Assembly (NCBI GenBank): GCA_964016885.1
Contig: OZ024743.1
Span: 317,874,001-317,938,000 of the forward strand
Source: Eledone cirrhosa
Lineage: Eukaryota
DNA: 64,000 nt
Direction: 5' to 3'
In this document: positions 12,463 to 26,194 of the stretch, one piece after another
Layout of the letters: the number at the start of each line of letters is the position of its first letter
How positions within the stretch are numbered: the first letter of the stretch is position 1
Translations under genes and position numbers: made by a program
Notes under the pieces: model-generated
Database searches by the model: none
Told to the model about the DNA's origin: nothing
What the model saw: only the letters and a program-made list of their open reading frames with translations

Positions 12463-13009
12463 TTGATTAAATTTAAATCCTTCATAATGTTTATTCTTTT
12501 ATACACAAGCTCCGTGATATTGTAACACTACGGTGATTCGAAATTTACCTGTTGCATTAAACTCTGAACTGTTTTTTACCTATCTTGCTGTGGATTATAA
12601 AATCACATTGAGCTTTAAACATTTTCTTTGCCTTTATATGGTATTATCAACTCATTCTAAACAAAGCCTGCTTTGTGTCTACCTATTTATATACATATAC
12701 ATACCTGCTATGGTTATATAGCTTCTAATTGAATGGAAAGTAAGCAGTAAGCATGGGTGGCATATTGGTGAACTGGTATCACATTAGTCCAGCGAACCAA
12801 AGATATGGGTTCGTGTCCCATGTACTTCAATACTCATCCTTTGTTTCCGTTCAGAAGGTTTTTTAAAATCCAAACTAACAGACTAATTTTATTTAGTCAA
12901 ATACGGCGTATTTTCAAATTCGCCACCATGCTTCCTTCCATTCAAGTAGAAGCTATTTAACCATAGCAGGTATATGTTTATAAATAGGTAGAAACAAAGC
13001 AGTCTTTTA

Positions 13010-13145
13010 GTGCCCCCCCAGTGTTGGTCTATTCTTTCTCCCATGCTTCGAGCTGTTTCGCCTATGTATGCCGTTGTCATGTTTCTGCAAGTACCCTCTG
13101 TACATTCTATGCTATAGACTACATTTCTAGTTTTACAATTTATCA
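13010..13145 (-). mobile_element. Penelope-like GIY-YIG endonuclease fragment
   Basis: NCKTRNVVYSIECTEGTCRNMTTAYIGETARSMGERIDQH. Confidence 0.85.
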
Positions 13146-13624
13146 GTTGGTTAGTCTTAACTTAAAAATCTTCAACAACAAATCTTGAATGAAAAATATA
13201 GTTACTTTTTTTATATCTAATAGGCTACTTTGCCGGTCCCTGTAAAATAAACAAATATACTTTTAAAGCTTATTTTACCGGTCCTCGGTAAATATAAATA
13301 GTGTTGGGTTGGGGTTAGTGTTTAAATTGTCTTAATAATTGGTGGTGAAAATAAAATAAACTTCTATGTTAAATTTGTGTATTGTTATTTTTAACATTAC
13401 CTGCCTTCATAATAATGATTTCTAGTATAAACACAAGGCCAACCTTTTGGCGGGAGGGGAAAGTCGATTAAATCGTCCCCAGTACGTTACTGGTGCTTTA
13501 TTTTATCGACACCGTAAGGATGAACGGCAAAGTTAACCTCGGCTCAATCCCATTATTTATATCATATATCAACATAGAGATGAGCGTCGTATGTATGTTT
13601 ATTTCAAAATGATAACCTCCTTCA

Positions 13625-14590
13625 TATAACACATTTCTTATTTGCACAGTGGGTTTTCTTAAAGGGGTATATTTTGCTGATCAGTGTTTTTATGGTAGTT
13701 CCTGGCTTTTCTACCACTTTAATCTTTAGATGGGTCTTTCTTAGGGCCTTTCTACATTGCTTAGCTAATTTCCCTCCAGGGGTAGCATCCACGAACATGA
13801 CACTCTGGTATCTCTGGTTGTCGTGCCATGAAGTGGCTTTCCCTATCTTATGTTTAGTCCTATCTAAGCTATTCTATGATTTGCTCCTGTATAATGGGCA
13901 AATTCCTTTCATGTCCAGTTCTATGAGGGTCTTATATTTCTCCGTGGTTCCTTTGTATACTCTGATTCTGTCTCTTTGGTTGTAGCCAGAGAACTGCATG
14001 CGATTGATAAAGTGTTGGATGTGTCTTTCCATTTCTGTTGGGTCGCACATGCGGACACGTTCTTCATCACTCTTACCAAGTCTGCGATCAGAATATTAAA
14101 CTTAGCACTACTGGACACTGCTGAGTTTTTGAGTATCAGGTATTTGGAGGCCATGGGTTTAGCGTAGTGTGAGTGGAGAATTTGGGCCCCTCGTCTATAG
14201 TGTTAATCCAGAGTTCCGTGTCTAATACTGGTAGTCTATTGTTAGGGTATTTGGAAGGGTAGTCAATAGTTACAGTTTGGTGTATGGAGTTAGCTATCTG
14301 CTGGATACTCTCCATTGTGTTATTTTCTGATTCATATTTATTAGTACTCTCTTGTGGGGATGTCCTTATTACTATATTAATATCGTCTACGTAACGAGAG
14401 TACATGATGAGGTCTATGAAGTTCTCTTCAAGGAGTTCTCTGAGTCTCCTCTCCCACCATACCATAAATAGATTGACAACATAGTCAGCTATGCTGACGC
14501 CAATGGCTGCTCCCTCATTCTGGGTGTAGATCTTTTCATTAAATTTAAACATATGGATCTTTAGGGTAGTTTTAATACTAGCTCCTATTA
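13625..14590 (-). mobile_element. Penelope-like RT/thumb fragment
   Basis: FKFNEKIYTQNEGAAIG, YSRYVDDI, LPVLD and MASKYLI..SA; homologous to 26652-27260. Confidence 0.85.
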
Positions 14591-14608
14591 CATGTGCGAC
14601 TGATAGAC

Positions 14609-14656
<48 letters not shown>

Positions 14657-14689
14657 CGCGAGCGCGCGTGTGTGTGTGTGCGTGTGTGT

Positions 14690-14844
14690 TTAATATAGAA
14701 ATGGCTTCTACAGGACTAGAACTGCTTCATTCAATGAAACAGTTCTAGTCCCGTAAAAGCCATTTCTATATTACAAATTTATACTCTGCTATGTATCGAG
14801 TACCTTACTTACTTACTGTGCTTACCCACGATTGAAACCAGGAT

Positions 14845-14845
<1 letters not shown>
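14690..14845 (+). mobile_element. Fold-back PLE-type end, family D
   Basis: ~40-bp inverted arms centred near 14732, then a tail shared with 29090 and 32865. Confidence 0.7.
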
Positions 14846-14900
<55 letters not shown>

Positions 14901-14901
<1 letters not shown>

Positions 14902-15769
14902 GTAGAATAATCGAGTATCGAAAAATCGGCGCACGAGTTCACGATAAACAAAATTCGATATGAGCGGCAGAGGGCTCAATAATTTAGATAAATCAGAGCT
15001 ATAACTATCGTTAAAATACCGTCACACATAGAACAAGTCTATAATCAACCATACGACCGAAAAATTGCGATCTGGAAGATTCGGGACACACAGATAAAAA
15101 ATCAATAAATCAATAAATCAAATGAATGTAAAAAGCATACCCGGACCCGCTAGAAAGATGGTAAATCTAGCTTCTTGGGTTTCTGTAAATCCTTAAACTG
15201 TCCTCTATCAGCTCACATAAAAATATATAAGACTTCTAGATGCCAGCGGACGGGAATTTACTTCCTCAACGAGCTTTGTCCAAACGAATGAAAAGGCATA
15301 ACCCAGGTTAAATACGCACATGGAATTCAGCAAGGGAGATAATCTCTATATCCGCGAAAAATATTCGGGAAAATGTGGAAAAACACATATCGAATAAGAG
15401 TGCTCAATAGACATGTTAAAATAAACATGAGCTATTCATCATTTAATAGAATCGACAAAAAATGAACAATAAAATTAACTGGTCAATAGCTAGGTCTAGA
15501 GCTAAATATAGTAGAATAATCGAGTATCGAAAAATCGGCGCACGAGTTCACGATAAACAAAATTCGATATGAGCGGCAGAGGGCTCAATAATTTAGATAA
15601 ATCAGAGCTATAACTATCGTTAAAATACCGTCACACATAGAACAAGTCTATAATCAACCATACGACCGAAAAATTGCGATCTGGAAGATTCGGGACACTC
15701 AGATAAAAAATCAATAAATCAATAAATCAAATGAATGTAAAAAGCATACCCGGACCCGCTAGAAAGATG
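14901..15769. repeat. 609-bp unit with 260-bp terminal direct repeat, inserted in (TA)n
   Basis: 14901-15160 equals 15510-15769 (one mismatch seen); (TA)n on both sides. Confidence 0.9.
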
Positions 15770-15922
15770 ATATATATATATATATATATATTGTTATACT
15801 TGGGGAGGGTCATATTTGCGTAATATTGCCAGAATTAATAACAGAACACACTCACTGTTTGGTTGGTTTTCGCTTCTCGCTGTCTTTTATATCTGCGATC
15901 TAACTTACTCGGTCCTCAATGC

Positions 15923-16015
<93 letters not shown>

Positions 16016-16026
16016 GTGGTGTGTGT

Positions 16027-16122
<96 letters not shown>

Positions 16123-16207
16123 AAAAGGTAAACAGAAACAACAACACAATCAATACAGTATATGGAAGGAATATATTAAGTTTACGCTTGATATAGCAGG
16201 AAGAAGG

Positions 16208-16243
16208 TCTTAACATTTCGGACGCTAGTCCTTCATCAGAAGA
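16208..16243 (-). ncRNA. Minimal hammerhead motif (same family as 62213)
   Basis: tctt CTGATGA a ggac tagc gtcc GAAA tg TT aaga. Confidence 0.7.
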
Positions 16244-17361
16244 AAGAATGAGAAATGAGATAGATTGAAGGGACGGGCGGGGTGGAATTGGAAACTGTTA
16301 TTGTTATTGTTGTGGTTATTATTTGGTCAATGTCAGTCCTGATTAAGCAGACTTGTGATTAAAGTTGCTCCAACAGTGACCTTAATGTTTTACTCCCCTG
16401 GAAAAGGTATTTATGACTATATAATCCAAGGGATTTTTTTTTTGTTTCATTTTAAGACAGATGGGTTTTATTTGAAACAGATTTGGGAACTATTTCTAAC
16501 AGAACGACAGTCCGAATTGAGGCTCCAGATGAATAAATAACAGCAGTGACGGATTAAAGTTTTGGTGCCAACTGCGCTGGGGCCAAGGGCCTCAAATTAT
16601 TGTTTTTGCTACCATAAATAATACGTAAGAGCCAATATGACATTTTCAGCCAGGTGCCTCAGGCAAGCTTCATCTCTCCCTTTCAGAATACGAGTAATAT
16701 ACTGGTTCTATTCAAAAGAATATTTCTCCTCGCTGCAAAACCTTGGCCTTGTGTTTAATCCAAAGAAGGTTCCGCATTTTTGCTACACGTGATCACTGAG
16801 TGATTAGCATGAGAAGAATTTGAAACACTCTCACATAATTTCTATAGGTTCTATATTGCCTCTGACCTGAATATAAAACTAAAGAGTTATCAACAAAAGA
16901 CGGTGTATGTATGTGTGTACGTATGTGTGTGTGGGTGTGCGTGTATACTCACTGAACACGCGTGTTTATGTATCTATGAGTGTGTATGTATCTATGTGTG
17001 GTGTGTGTACATGTGTGTGCGTACACACTGTGCATGCGTCCGAATGTGTCTATGAGTGTGTATATATCTATGAGTGTATATGTGTGTGTGATGTGTTACG
17101 CTAGATCAGGTTTTCTTAGTTTTATTATGTACCAAATGCAAGACTGGATAGGTAGTCTATCGTCAAATACGAAGCAGTATATAGCAAAACAAAGATCGAA
17201 ATAGCTTAACAACTTTGATATCAACTGCCGTTAATCCTACCAAACAAAACTCTATGTTTTAAAGAGTTTATATTTATATAAAACCCTTCCATCATCATTT
17301 TTAAAGAATCTTCAGTTCAGTTATGTTCCAAACACTAATCAGGCAAAGGTTAGTAGTATTT

Positions 17362-17495
17362 GTTTCTACTTTTGGCACAAGGCCAGCAATTATGCCAATT
17401 ATTTTATCAACCCCGTAAGGATAAAAGGCAAAGTTAACATCGGTTTGACTCTATGCTGCAACGTATAGCGTCCGACCCTCTACCGATACTGCCCC
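17362..17495 (-). mobile_element. SINE family S1 (internally deleted)
   Basis: S1 tail and head motifs. Confidence 0.7.
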
Positions 17496-17989
17496 TCAGT
17501 TAGTAATATTATCGTTATATTTGGGGAGAGTCATGTCCTAATATTGCCACAAAATATAGTAAAACACACTGTTTTGTTTGGTTTTCGTTTCAGTATATTT
17601 TTATATTTCTATAAATAATTTAGCTAGCAATCAATGTTTATCATTGATTGACCAACAATTAAAAATATAAATATAAATATAATTTCTCAAAGTTTTTTCG
17701 TCACACATGTCTGTGACATTTTCAGTGATTATCGTGTTTCCTCCCGTTGTGTTCCTATAACGTTTTTTTATTTATTCATTTTTTGTCTCTATTTGTGCAT
17801 GCGTTTGTGTGCGTGTATTCTGTTTGGTGTGTGTTCGTGTCTGAGTCTGTGTGTGTTTATGTTCTACTTTTGGTCACTAGTGTGTGTTTGTGTGTGGGTG
17901 TTGTTATTGTATCTGTGTATATTTATATTCTATCTTAGATCACTAGTGCGTGTTTGTATATGATTATTGTTATTCTATTCATATTTTCT

Positions 17990-18908
17990 GATGTCAACCA
18001 TCTTCGAACCAACTCTGACAAGACCTAAATCAGTGCATTCCTACGGAACAGGGAAGCTAACCGCCAGCTCAAGATCAACTTGTATGGAAAACTGTTAGGG
18101 TACCCTCCGATCCTATCTACCTAGGGCTCACTCTGGACCGGTCCCTTACATACAAGAACCATATTGCAAATACTAAAGCCAAGGTCGGATCAAGAAACAA
18201 CATTCTAAAAAGCTGACTAACACCAATCCGCTCCACAGCCCCAGCCCTTTGCTACTCCACAGCAGAATATGTCTCACAAGTGTGGAACAGATCATCACAT
18301 GCAAAGAAAATTTACCCTGCTCTAAACAACTCTTGTAGATCAATAACTGGGTTTTTCAAGCCAGCTAAAGTGGATGATATCTACTTGCTTAGTGGCATTG
18401 CTCTCCTCACATCAAAAAGACAGTCCCCGCCCAACTCGAGAAGTTGAAGCAAGAACATGACCCTCATAATCCAATTCACGGCTGTGAACCAACGACAAAG
18501 AGACCCAACTCAAGGCAGCTTTTTACACTGAGTCGAACCACTGAACAATAGAGCTTCTACTCAGCGCTTGTCCCTGTGGTGTTACCACCTTAACAACATG
18601 AAATATAGGCTCTCTATCAGCCTTACAGAATCCCTTCCCCCTGACTCCAGTGATGCCTGGCCCTTCTGGTCCTGCCTGTATCGCCTCCGAACAGCTGTTG
18701 GTCGATGTAGAGCCAACCTTCAGAAATGGGGATATGCCACCGATGATAATTCCAACTACCAATTACAAACTATGGAGCACCTTCTAGTTTGCTCCAATCT
18801 TGAAGATTCATGCACACTTAACAACCTTGAAACCTTAACACCCCAGGCAAGACTCTGGTTCTGTGCGCAACATTGGATGGGTGTGGTGTAGCGACTCGAT
18901 AAGAAGAT
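17990..18908 (+). mobile_element. Vingi/Ingi-like (I group) LINE 3' fragment
   Basis: PIYLGLTLDRSLTYKNH, LCYSTAEY..VWNRSSH, RLRTAVGRC...KWG and QTMEHLLVC; ends in an aagaag tail. Confidence 0.75.
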
Positions 18909-19554
18909 GGTAGCCCACTTCGCCCTTATGTAAGTCTACTAGTGCTGACACCCACCAAATTCTCCTAATTATACCACTACCACTGCTAACCTCACTGCCA
19001 TTCGTCAGTTTTCTTGGTTTCCGGGTTTTAATTGTAGCAGATGTTTGTTGAGTTTAATTAAGTGTCAACACATTGAGAATTATATTTCTATTTAATTTTT
19101 CTTTTACAAGTTGACAAAAGTATTTACATGGTGGACACCCACATATTTGTTGACCAAATCTCATTGGTGCTAACATGTAAATAAATATATATATATACAC
19201 ATTGATATATTCTTTCCATTAGGTCGATGTTCGCGGCCATTATAAACAAACTGAGCCAAGAATCAAGTATAATGGCTTATGTATATGAAAGATACTTAGA
19301 GAACAGCTGGTTCAAAACAAATTACACAAAACGTATTCAACTTTTTTTTTTCTTGATAAATAAACATTTTATTTCTAGAATATAATTACATAACTTTAAT
19401 TGGGCAATATCTAATGAATACAAAACATACTATTAAAGAGAACAATAAGAAAGAAAAAAAAGGAAATGAAAAGAAGAAAAAGAAAAAAGAATCAAGCAAC
19501 GAAAGAAAGGGAGAGGAGGAGGGACAGACACAATACTCCAGTCGCACGGCAGCA

Positions 19555-20060
19555 ACCCTCCCAGCTCGAGCCGGTGGGGCTGGACCGAGGGGACGGTAAA
19601 AGGCCAGACGGTATGACCATCTTCCCGTTCCGCGGTGGTAAACCCCTCATCTGGGATACCACTTGCAGCGACACTTTCTCCAGCCGCAACCTGGTGCAGT
19701 CTGCGACTAACCCAGGTTCTGCTGCACTTCGGGCTGAGTTGGGTAAACTCTTCAAATATCGGTCGCTCTCCGACAGGTTTGCGGTCGTTCCCTTGGCAGA
19801 GGAGATGTCAGGTGTTCTTGGCCCTAGGGCTACCTCCCTATTCACCACTATAGGCGCTGAGCTGGCCAGCCGCAGGTGTGAGCCTCGCGAGATGGAATGG
19901 CTCTTCCAGTGCCCTCCCATACCATCCTCCGGGGAAACGCCTTCTCCATACTGTCCGCCGGGGCTGTGGGGCGGCCAGCACGTGGGACCCCATTTGCTCA
20001 CAATACAGAGAGACGGGGAGGGTGAGAGAGATGGAGGCGATGACAGTGGGTGTTCGGCTC
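19555..20060 (+). mobile_element. CRE-like non-LTR retrotransposon 3' fragment (PD-D/ExK RLE)
   Basis: LEPVGLDRGDGKRPDGMTIFPFRGGKPLIWDTTCSDTF...KYRSLSDRFAVVPLAEEMSGVLG. Confidence 0.85.
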
Positions 20061-21296
20061 TTCCGTGTTCGGATACATTGCACCTGTTAGTTTCATTTTA
20101 CTTGTCACTCATTCACTCACCGGACAAGAAAGAAATGGAAGAAGGTAAAATCGCTAGAATGTCAGATAGAATCCTTTCTGTTTTCGTTTCGGTTCTCTGC
20201 TCTCTGAGTTCAAATCTTGCACAATTCAACTTTGCATTTCATTCATTCGAGGTCGATACAAAAATAATACCAGTCTAGTACCGGGGTCAATTCTTCCTCT
20301 ATATCTCTTTCTCACTTCCATTCTCTCACTCTCTATCCTTCTCTGGAAGAAAGATCTTGTATGGCAAGGAGCTGCACGCCACCAGCTTTTAAAATGCCCC
20401 CAAAACACCGCATGTCATTACGACGCCCCTGCGACTCCCTCGGGAGTTATGGGACCATACATAATACTTTGAAACAGCTTTGTATCAACGAACTAAGGAC
20501 GGTTTCAGGCGCTTTGGTATCAAAGGGGTTAATATGTAAATATTATTTAGCTGTGCATTTGTTATTTAAAACATTTTAACTAATATTTTCTTTACAAATA
20601 ATTGTATTTGGGACTAAATAGACAAGGAACATCCTTGTTGACAACGACATAATCTTCTAAAACATTCCCGATAAATCGACCTAACAATAGCGAGGTGGCT
20701 AGCCTACACTATTTAGTCACACCATATTTCAATCAAATAATAGAAAATTTTAAGTCCGTAGCAATTATCCAAGAGGGACATAATTAGACACGAAGGAGGG
20801 ACCTAGCTTCACAGACAATGTCATGTTAAAGCAGGCCTAGATAACAGGTATTTACAGCAAATACAAGTAAATAGATTTCTTCGTCTCTTTCGATGATGAG
20901 TATCCTAGTGGTTAAATCCACTACGCTTTGGATTATAGTGTAAGTGGTTGAGTATTCCACATACACTCGTGCACTTAATATAATTCTCAGGCAATACCAA
21001 CGTAACTAACGTCACTCACATGACCAACGTAACCAACGGGACCAAAGTAAACCAACGTAACCAACGAGACTAACGTAATTAACGTGACTAACGTGTCTCA
21101 TGCGACCTGTGTGTGGCCAAAAAGTGGTTTATATAGTTTTTCTCTAAACAATTTCTCTGATAAAGTTTTGATAGACCCGAGTCTATACAAAAATAAAGTT
21201 TCACTCAGGCTGAAGGACCCGATAAAGTGTAAACCAGTCATTAAAGAGATGTAACTTTTTCTGTTTTAAATAAAATTATTTTGTTTTATAATTCTA

Positions 21297-21458
21297 AGGG
21301 CGGTGGATTGGCAGTATCGGGAGAGCTGCGGATATGTTTTGTGCCATAGAGATGCGGCCCTTTGTTCTGAGTTCAAATCTGATCAAGCTTTGCCTTTCAT
21401 CCTTACAGGGTCGATAAAATAAAGAACCAGTAATGCCCTGGGGTCGATTTAATCGACA
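21297..21458 (+). mobile_element. SINE family S1
   Basis: ggcggtggattggcagtatc...gagttcaaat...gtcgataaaataaag. Confidence 0.8.
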
Positions 21459-21520
21459 TGACCCTTTTTTCATTACCTTTTCTACGGAAATACTTAACAC
21501 GCGCGTGCGCACGCGCACAC

Positions 21521-21572
<52 letters not shown>

Positions 21573-21584
21573 TTATATATAAAT

Positions 21585-21776
21585 GATGGGCTCTCCCATC
21601 GTATATCGACGTATGAGGGTTCAACAGTCATCTCAGTTCAATTTTTTCTCGTTATGCCTTAAATGACACTTAAGTCCGGCTACTGATCTATACAATAAGC
21701 CGCATTTAGTGCAGCTGACAGGATATTGAGCGGAGTGGGATGGAACATTTGATCGGTTGAAATCGACAGAGTCCGA

Positions 21777-21778
<2 letters not shown>
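21585..21778 (-). mobile_element. RTE-type LINE extreme 3' end with C2H2-like finger
   Basis: CTKCGLLYRSVAGLKCHLRH followed by a short 3'UTR. Confidence 0.55.
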
Positions 21779-21810
<32 letters not shown>

Positions 21811-22069
21811 TTAAGTATCAGCCGTACTAAGAGTGAGAAATGAAATTTCGTTTCATTCTTTTCCATTTATCGTTTTCGGTGCACCCGGCCGACTAACTCA
21901 CTCGATATGCAAATTAGGCTGCTCAGCCGTTAATATACACAAGGAAAGTATATACTTTCAAACAAAGAATCGCTGCTTTTACCCTATTACAGGATCTTCT
22001 GAAACTCGTTTCAAGGGTGAATGCACCAATTCTTTGCTTAAACTTTAATCTGTACCAATAATAAATAAA

Positions 22070-22140
<71 letters not shown>

Positions 22141-22143
<3 letters not shown>

Positions 22144-22780
22144 TTTAAAAATAGAGCAAGAAACCAGGACTATCCGTCATCAGTGATCTTCTGACCATCA
22201 TCGGTATTTCTTCGCATTAAAGACCAGATACCTCAAGCCAGCGCGAACAATAACTAAAGTAAGTTATTGGGATAAAAAGAATTGGGTGGAGAAAGAGAGA
22301 CATGTAAACAAACAAAAATGGTAAGGCAACGTAAAGAGAGGAAAATGAGAAAACAAGTGAGCGATACATGTGAACTTTAGTTCTAGCAAATCATCGACGA
22401 GAAGACGAAGGACGCGTCCGAACACTGCGAAATGTAAGCGAGAAAAGGATTTCACACAGGTCAGACGGGAGGAAGGGAGAGAGGGGGAGTAGCATAGAGT
22501 GAGTGAGTGAAAGTATGAGGAAGAGGCCAGCCGAGAGAGGGTGACCAGCAGAGGAGGTGAATGAAAGTAAGAGGTACAAGGAGAGAGAAGGGGGAGAGAG
22601 AAAGAGGATAGCAGTAAGGGAATAGAAAAAGACAGGTCACAGCGAGGGGAAAAAATATAGGAATGAAATGTGGCGTGCTGCGTTGTTGTGAATGTGATAC
22701 ATATGAATTAAAAAATAGAGCAAGAAACCAAGACTATCCGTCATCAGCGATCTTCTGGCCATCATCCGTATTTCTTCGCA
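22141..22780. repeat. 564-bp unit with 76-bp terminal direct repeat, abutting (TA)n; purine-rich like PLE UTRs
   Basis: 22141-22216 matches 22705-22780 (about 5 mismatches). Confidence 0.75.
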
Positions 22781-22879
22781 AGATTTTAAAAAACAATTTT
22801 TCACTGAAGTTAACGAAGGACTTATTAGATCTATATAGTAAAATTATAAAATTAAATTGTTATAGAATACCAACTACAC

Positions 22880-23070
22880 CAAACTCTTCAAATACCGGTC
22901 GCTCTCCGACAGGTTTGCGGTTGTACCTCCCTACTCACTACTATAGGCGCTGAGCTGGCCCGCCGTAGGTGTGAGCCTCGCGAGTTGGAATGACTTTTCC
23001 AGCGTGTCTCCTTTGCCGTCCTCCGGGGAAACGCCTTCTCCATAATGTCCGCCGGGGCTGTGGAGAGGCC
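22880..23070 (+). mobile_element. CRE-like 3' fragment
   Basis: Nucleotide match to 19745-19975 with an internal deletion. Confidence 0.8.
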
Positions 23071-23323
23071 ACCAATATGATTGACTGACTTGTCATTGTA
23101 TCAGTCAGATGTTCTAATGATTCTACTGCCCTACTGTTAGTTTTATCTGACCTTCTTACTGAATATTATAACTGAGTATTTATCATAGAACGAGTCTTTG
23201 ACAGTTTAACAAAATGGACTGGCAGCAAACTGAAATCTGACACCGCTGTGCATTGTATGAAGAGAAAGACGTTCACACCTATACAGTGAAGTCATTCTTT
23301 TCCTTTTTTTCAAATATATATAT

Positions 23324-23362
<39 letters not shown>

Positions 23363-23539
23363 AGGGAGAGTCTGCGGCGCTGAAACCGAGGAGATCACTA
23401 AACATGTGAGGACTCGATACATGGGGAGATTCAGAGTGGGTATAGAGATATATAAAATCCCGACCGCGGTTCCTAGCGGTTTCGAAACCGCTTGGACCCG
23501 CGTGCAGGATTTTACAAATCTATATATCTATATCTATAT

Positions 23540-23785
23540 ATTGTTATATTTAGGAGGGTCGTGCTGCCAATAAAAACACACGCACTTGTTGGTTTTCACT
23601 TCAATTTATAGTAAATTTTCCGTGAGTTGATTGTGTGTTGGTTGGTTCGATAAACGGATGTTCTGTATATATTGTCAAAGCTCTTTTGTCGCACATTCTG
23701 TGTGACGAAACAACCATCCGGTTATCGAACCAAGCAACCAACCAAGCGGAAATTTACAATAAATTTACTGAAAACCAACATGTGG
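23540..23785. mobile_element. Fold-back PLE-type end, family L
   Basis: Imperfect inverted arms centred on gtcgcacattctgtgtgacgaaa; family also at 15790, 17512, 29327 and 43346. Confidence 0.65.
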
Positions 23786-23799
23786 GTTTATATATATAT

Positions 23800-23830
23800 A
23801 CTAGCTGAATGATCCGGCGTTGTCCGGGTT
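23800..23830 (+). mobile_element. Possible Helitron/Helentron-like terminus
   Basis: tactagctgaatgatccggcgttgtccggg with a short hairpin. Confidence 0.35.
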
Positions 23831-24059
23831 ACTGCTGTTCTTATTCAGATTAGTAAACAATAAATATGAAGTTATATTTTTTTCTCATAATTTCAAAATA
23901 TTTAAATTTTATAAACAAAATATCAAAATTGTAAATATAATAGAATTTAGAAATGAAAATCTGTCAATCTTGAAGCACCTCACTATTCATTGAGTAATTT
24001 TTTGTTGTAGCAGTGAGATCAAATCCAACTACCTTGAGGGATTGACCCTGAGATTTGTT

Positions 24060-26140
24060 AATTGAAATAACAAAACTTATACTGTATTTCGTTCAGACAA
24101 GAAGGAGAGAACTCATGGTGGGGTTGCCCTGTACATCCGTGAAGATGTCACACCCATTGTACTATTGATACATTCAGACTCAGTCTGTGACACACTGATA
24201 GTACATATGAAGCAACTGAAAATGGGAATATGTATCACATATCGGCCACGCGACGCCCCTAGTCATGAAGGTAAGTTTGAGAATAGCCTCAGAAGGATGG
24301 AAGAAGTCGTTGACAAACTGGACCAGGGTCTCAACATTCTGCTGCTGGGAGACTTTAACCTACCAAAGGTCAAATAGCCTGAGGGCCACCTCCTCCCTGG
24401 AATCACATCACTCGAACAGAGACAGAGGGAGTCCCTGCTGGCCCTCACACACAGGCTGTTCATGGAACAAGCAGTACTCCTTCTAACAAGAGGCGAGAAT
24501 GTCCTACATCACTGCTTTACAAACAACGCAGTGCTCATCCACAATGTAAAGGTGACACCAACGATTTTCTCGGATCATAACTTAGTAGAACTAATGATAT
24601 GTGGTCTGAGAGAGTTAACAGAGATGCAACCATTAAGAAGCACCGGGAATTTATCCAACTTAAACTTCCACAAGGCTAACTGAAAAAATATCAAGAAAGA
24701 GATCCGGAAGCAAAACTGGAGCGACAACATCACCACACAAGACACCAACACATATTCTCAACATTTCATGACAACAATACAAACTATATGCCATAAGTTT
24801 GTCCAAGAAAAAAGACCAAAGGACACAAACATCTTATTCCCAGATACAGGAAAATCCTTATGAGACGAATAACTAAGCTCTCAAACCTGTCAAATGCACA
24901 ACAGAAAAACAAGAAGGAACCCTATATGAAACAGGCACTACTTGAAATTGAAACTGCACTCAAACTTTCCCATGAGGGCAGAGAGAGAAGCCAGACTGGG
25001 CCACTCTCCCATAAAGATGGTTCATTAACCGAGGATCCACAAGGGATAAGTGAAATACTGAATGAACAGTACAAAAGTGTGTTCACAATCCCATTGAGGC
25101 ACATGCAAATAACAAAGCCAGAGGATTTCTTTGATGCCACAACACTCCACGAAGAAATGGCGACCATCAACCACATAGACATAACGGAGGAAGATTTGAT
25201 ATCCGCCATAGACGAAATGAGAACAAGCTCAGCTGCTGGACCTGATGGATTCCCAGCAGTTCTCCTAAAAATATGTAAGCGTGCCTTAGCATGACCACTG
25301 AGGATCTTCTTCAGAAGTTCTTTGGCTAGCGGTAAACTACCCTGAGAGCTAAAAGAAGGCACAATATTCCCTATCCATAAAGGTGGAAGCAAAGCGGAGG
25401 CCAGTCTCCTTGATGTCACATATCAGTAAGGTCATGGAACGAATCATCAGAAAGAAACTGATCACGGTCCTCGAGGAAAATGACCGCCTAATTAGCACGC
25501 AACACGGCTTTCGCCCAGGAAAAAGCTGCCTTACACAACCGTTACACTACGACTGGGTACTGAAACAACTGCTGGACAGCTCACATGTGGACGTGATATA
25601 TCTTGACTTTGCGAAGGCCTTTGTCAAGGTCGACCACGGAATGATATGTCACACACTACACAGTCTCGTTATAACTGGAAAAGTAGGTGAGTGGTAGCAT
25701 GATTTCTTAAAAGACAGAAGCCAGACAGTTGCAGCCAATGGGGCCCTCTCAAATGAAACATCAATAATAGGTGGGGTGCCCCAGGGAACAGTCTTGGGAT
25801 CTCTACTGTTTTTTGGTGGCTCCCTTAGACATGCCCTCTGTAGTACATACAACATCCCTCACTAGCTATGCTGATGACACAAAGGTAGCACAGGCAATCA
25901 AAAACCTGTCTGATTCTGCCCTTTTACAACAAGATATGGATGCCATATACAAATGGGCTGAGGACAACAACATACACTTTAATGCTGGAAAATTTCAAGC
26001 CTTACAATACAAACCTGCAAACACAAAGACAATACAACACAACTACACCGGACCAGGAAGGATCCAAATCCTTGTGTCGAAATCGATACGAGACCTGTGG
26101 ATAGACATGAGCGATAATGAATCTTTTTCTTCACACATTA

Positions 26141-26194
<54 letters not shown>

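Noticed and set aside
15175-15212. Hammerhead in the 609-bp unit (CTGATAGA...GAAAC on minus)
   Set aside because: Core has an insertion and stem II does not pair.
15816-16216. ORFs rich in YI/CV/HT repeats here and at 4630, 33289, 41796, 43520, 46668, 51412 and 56635
   Set aside because: Translations of (TA)n, (TG)n and (TATG)n microsatellites.
19466-20278. 270-aa ORF as a host gene
   Set aside because: Chance fusion of A-rich sequence, a CRE RLE fragment and a SINE.
22165-22190. CTGATGA on minus in the 76-bp repeat
   Set aside because: No GAAA after the putative stem II.
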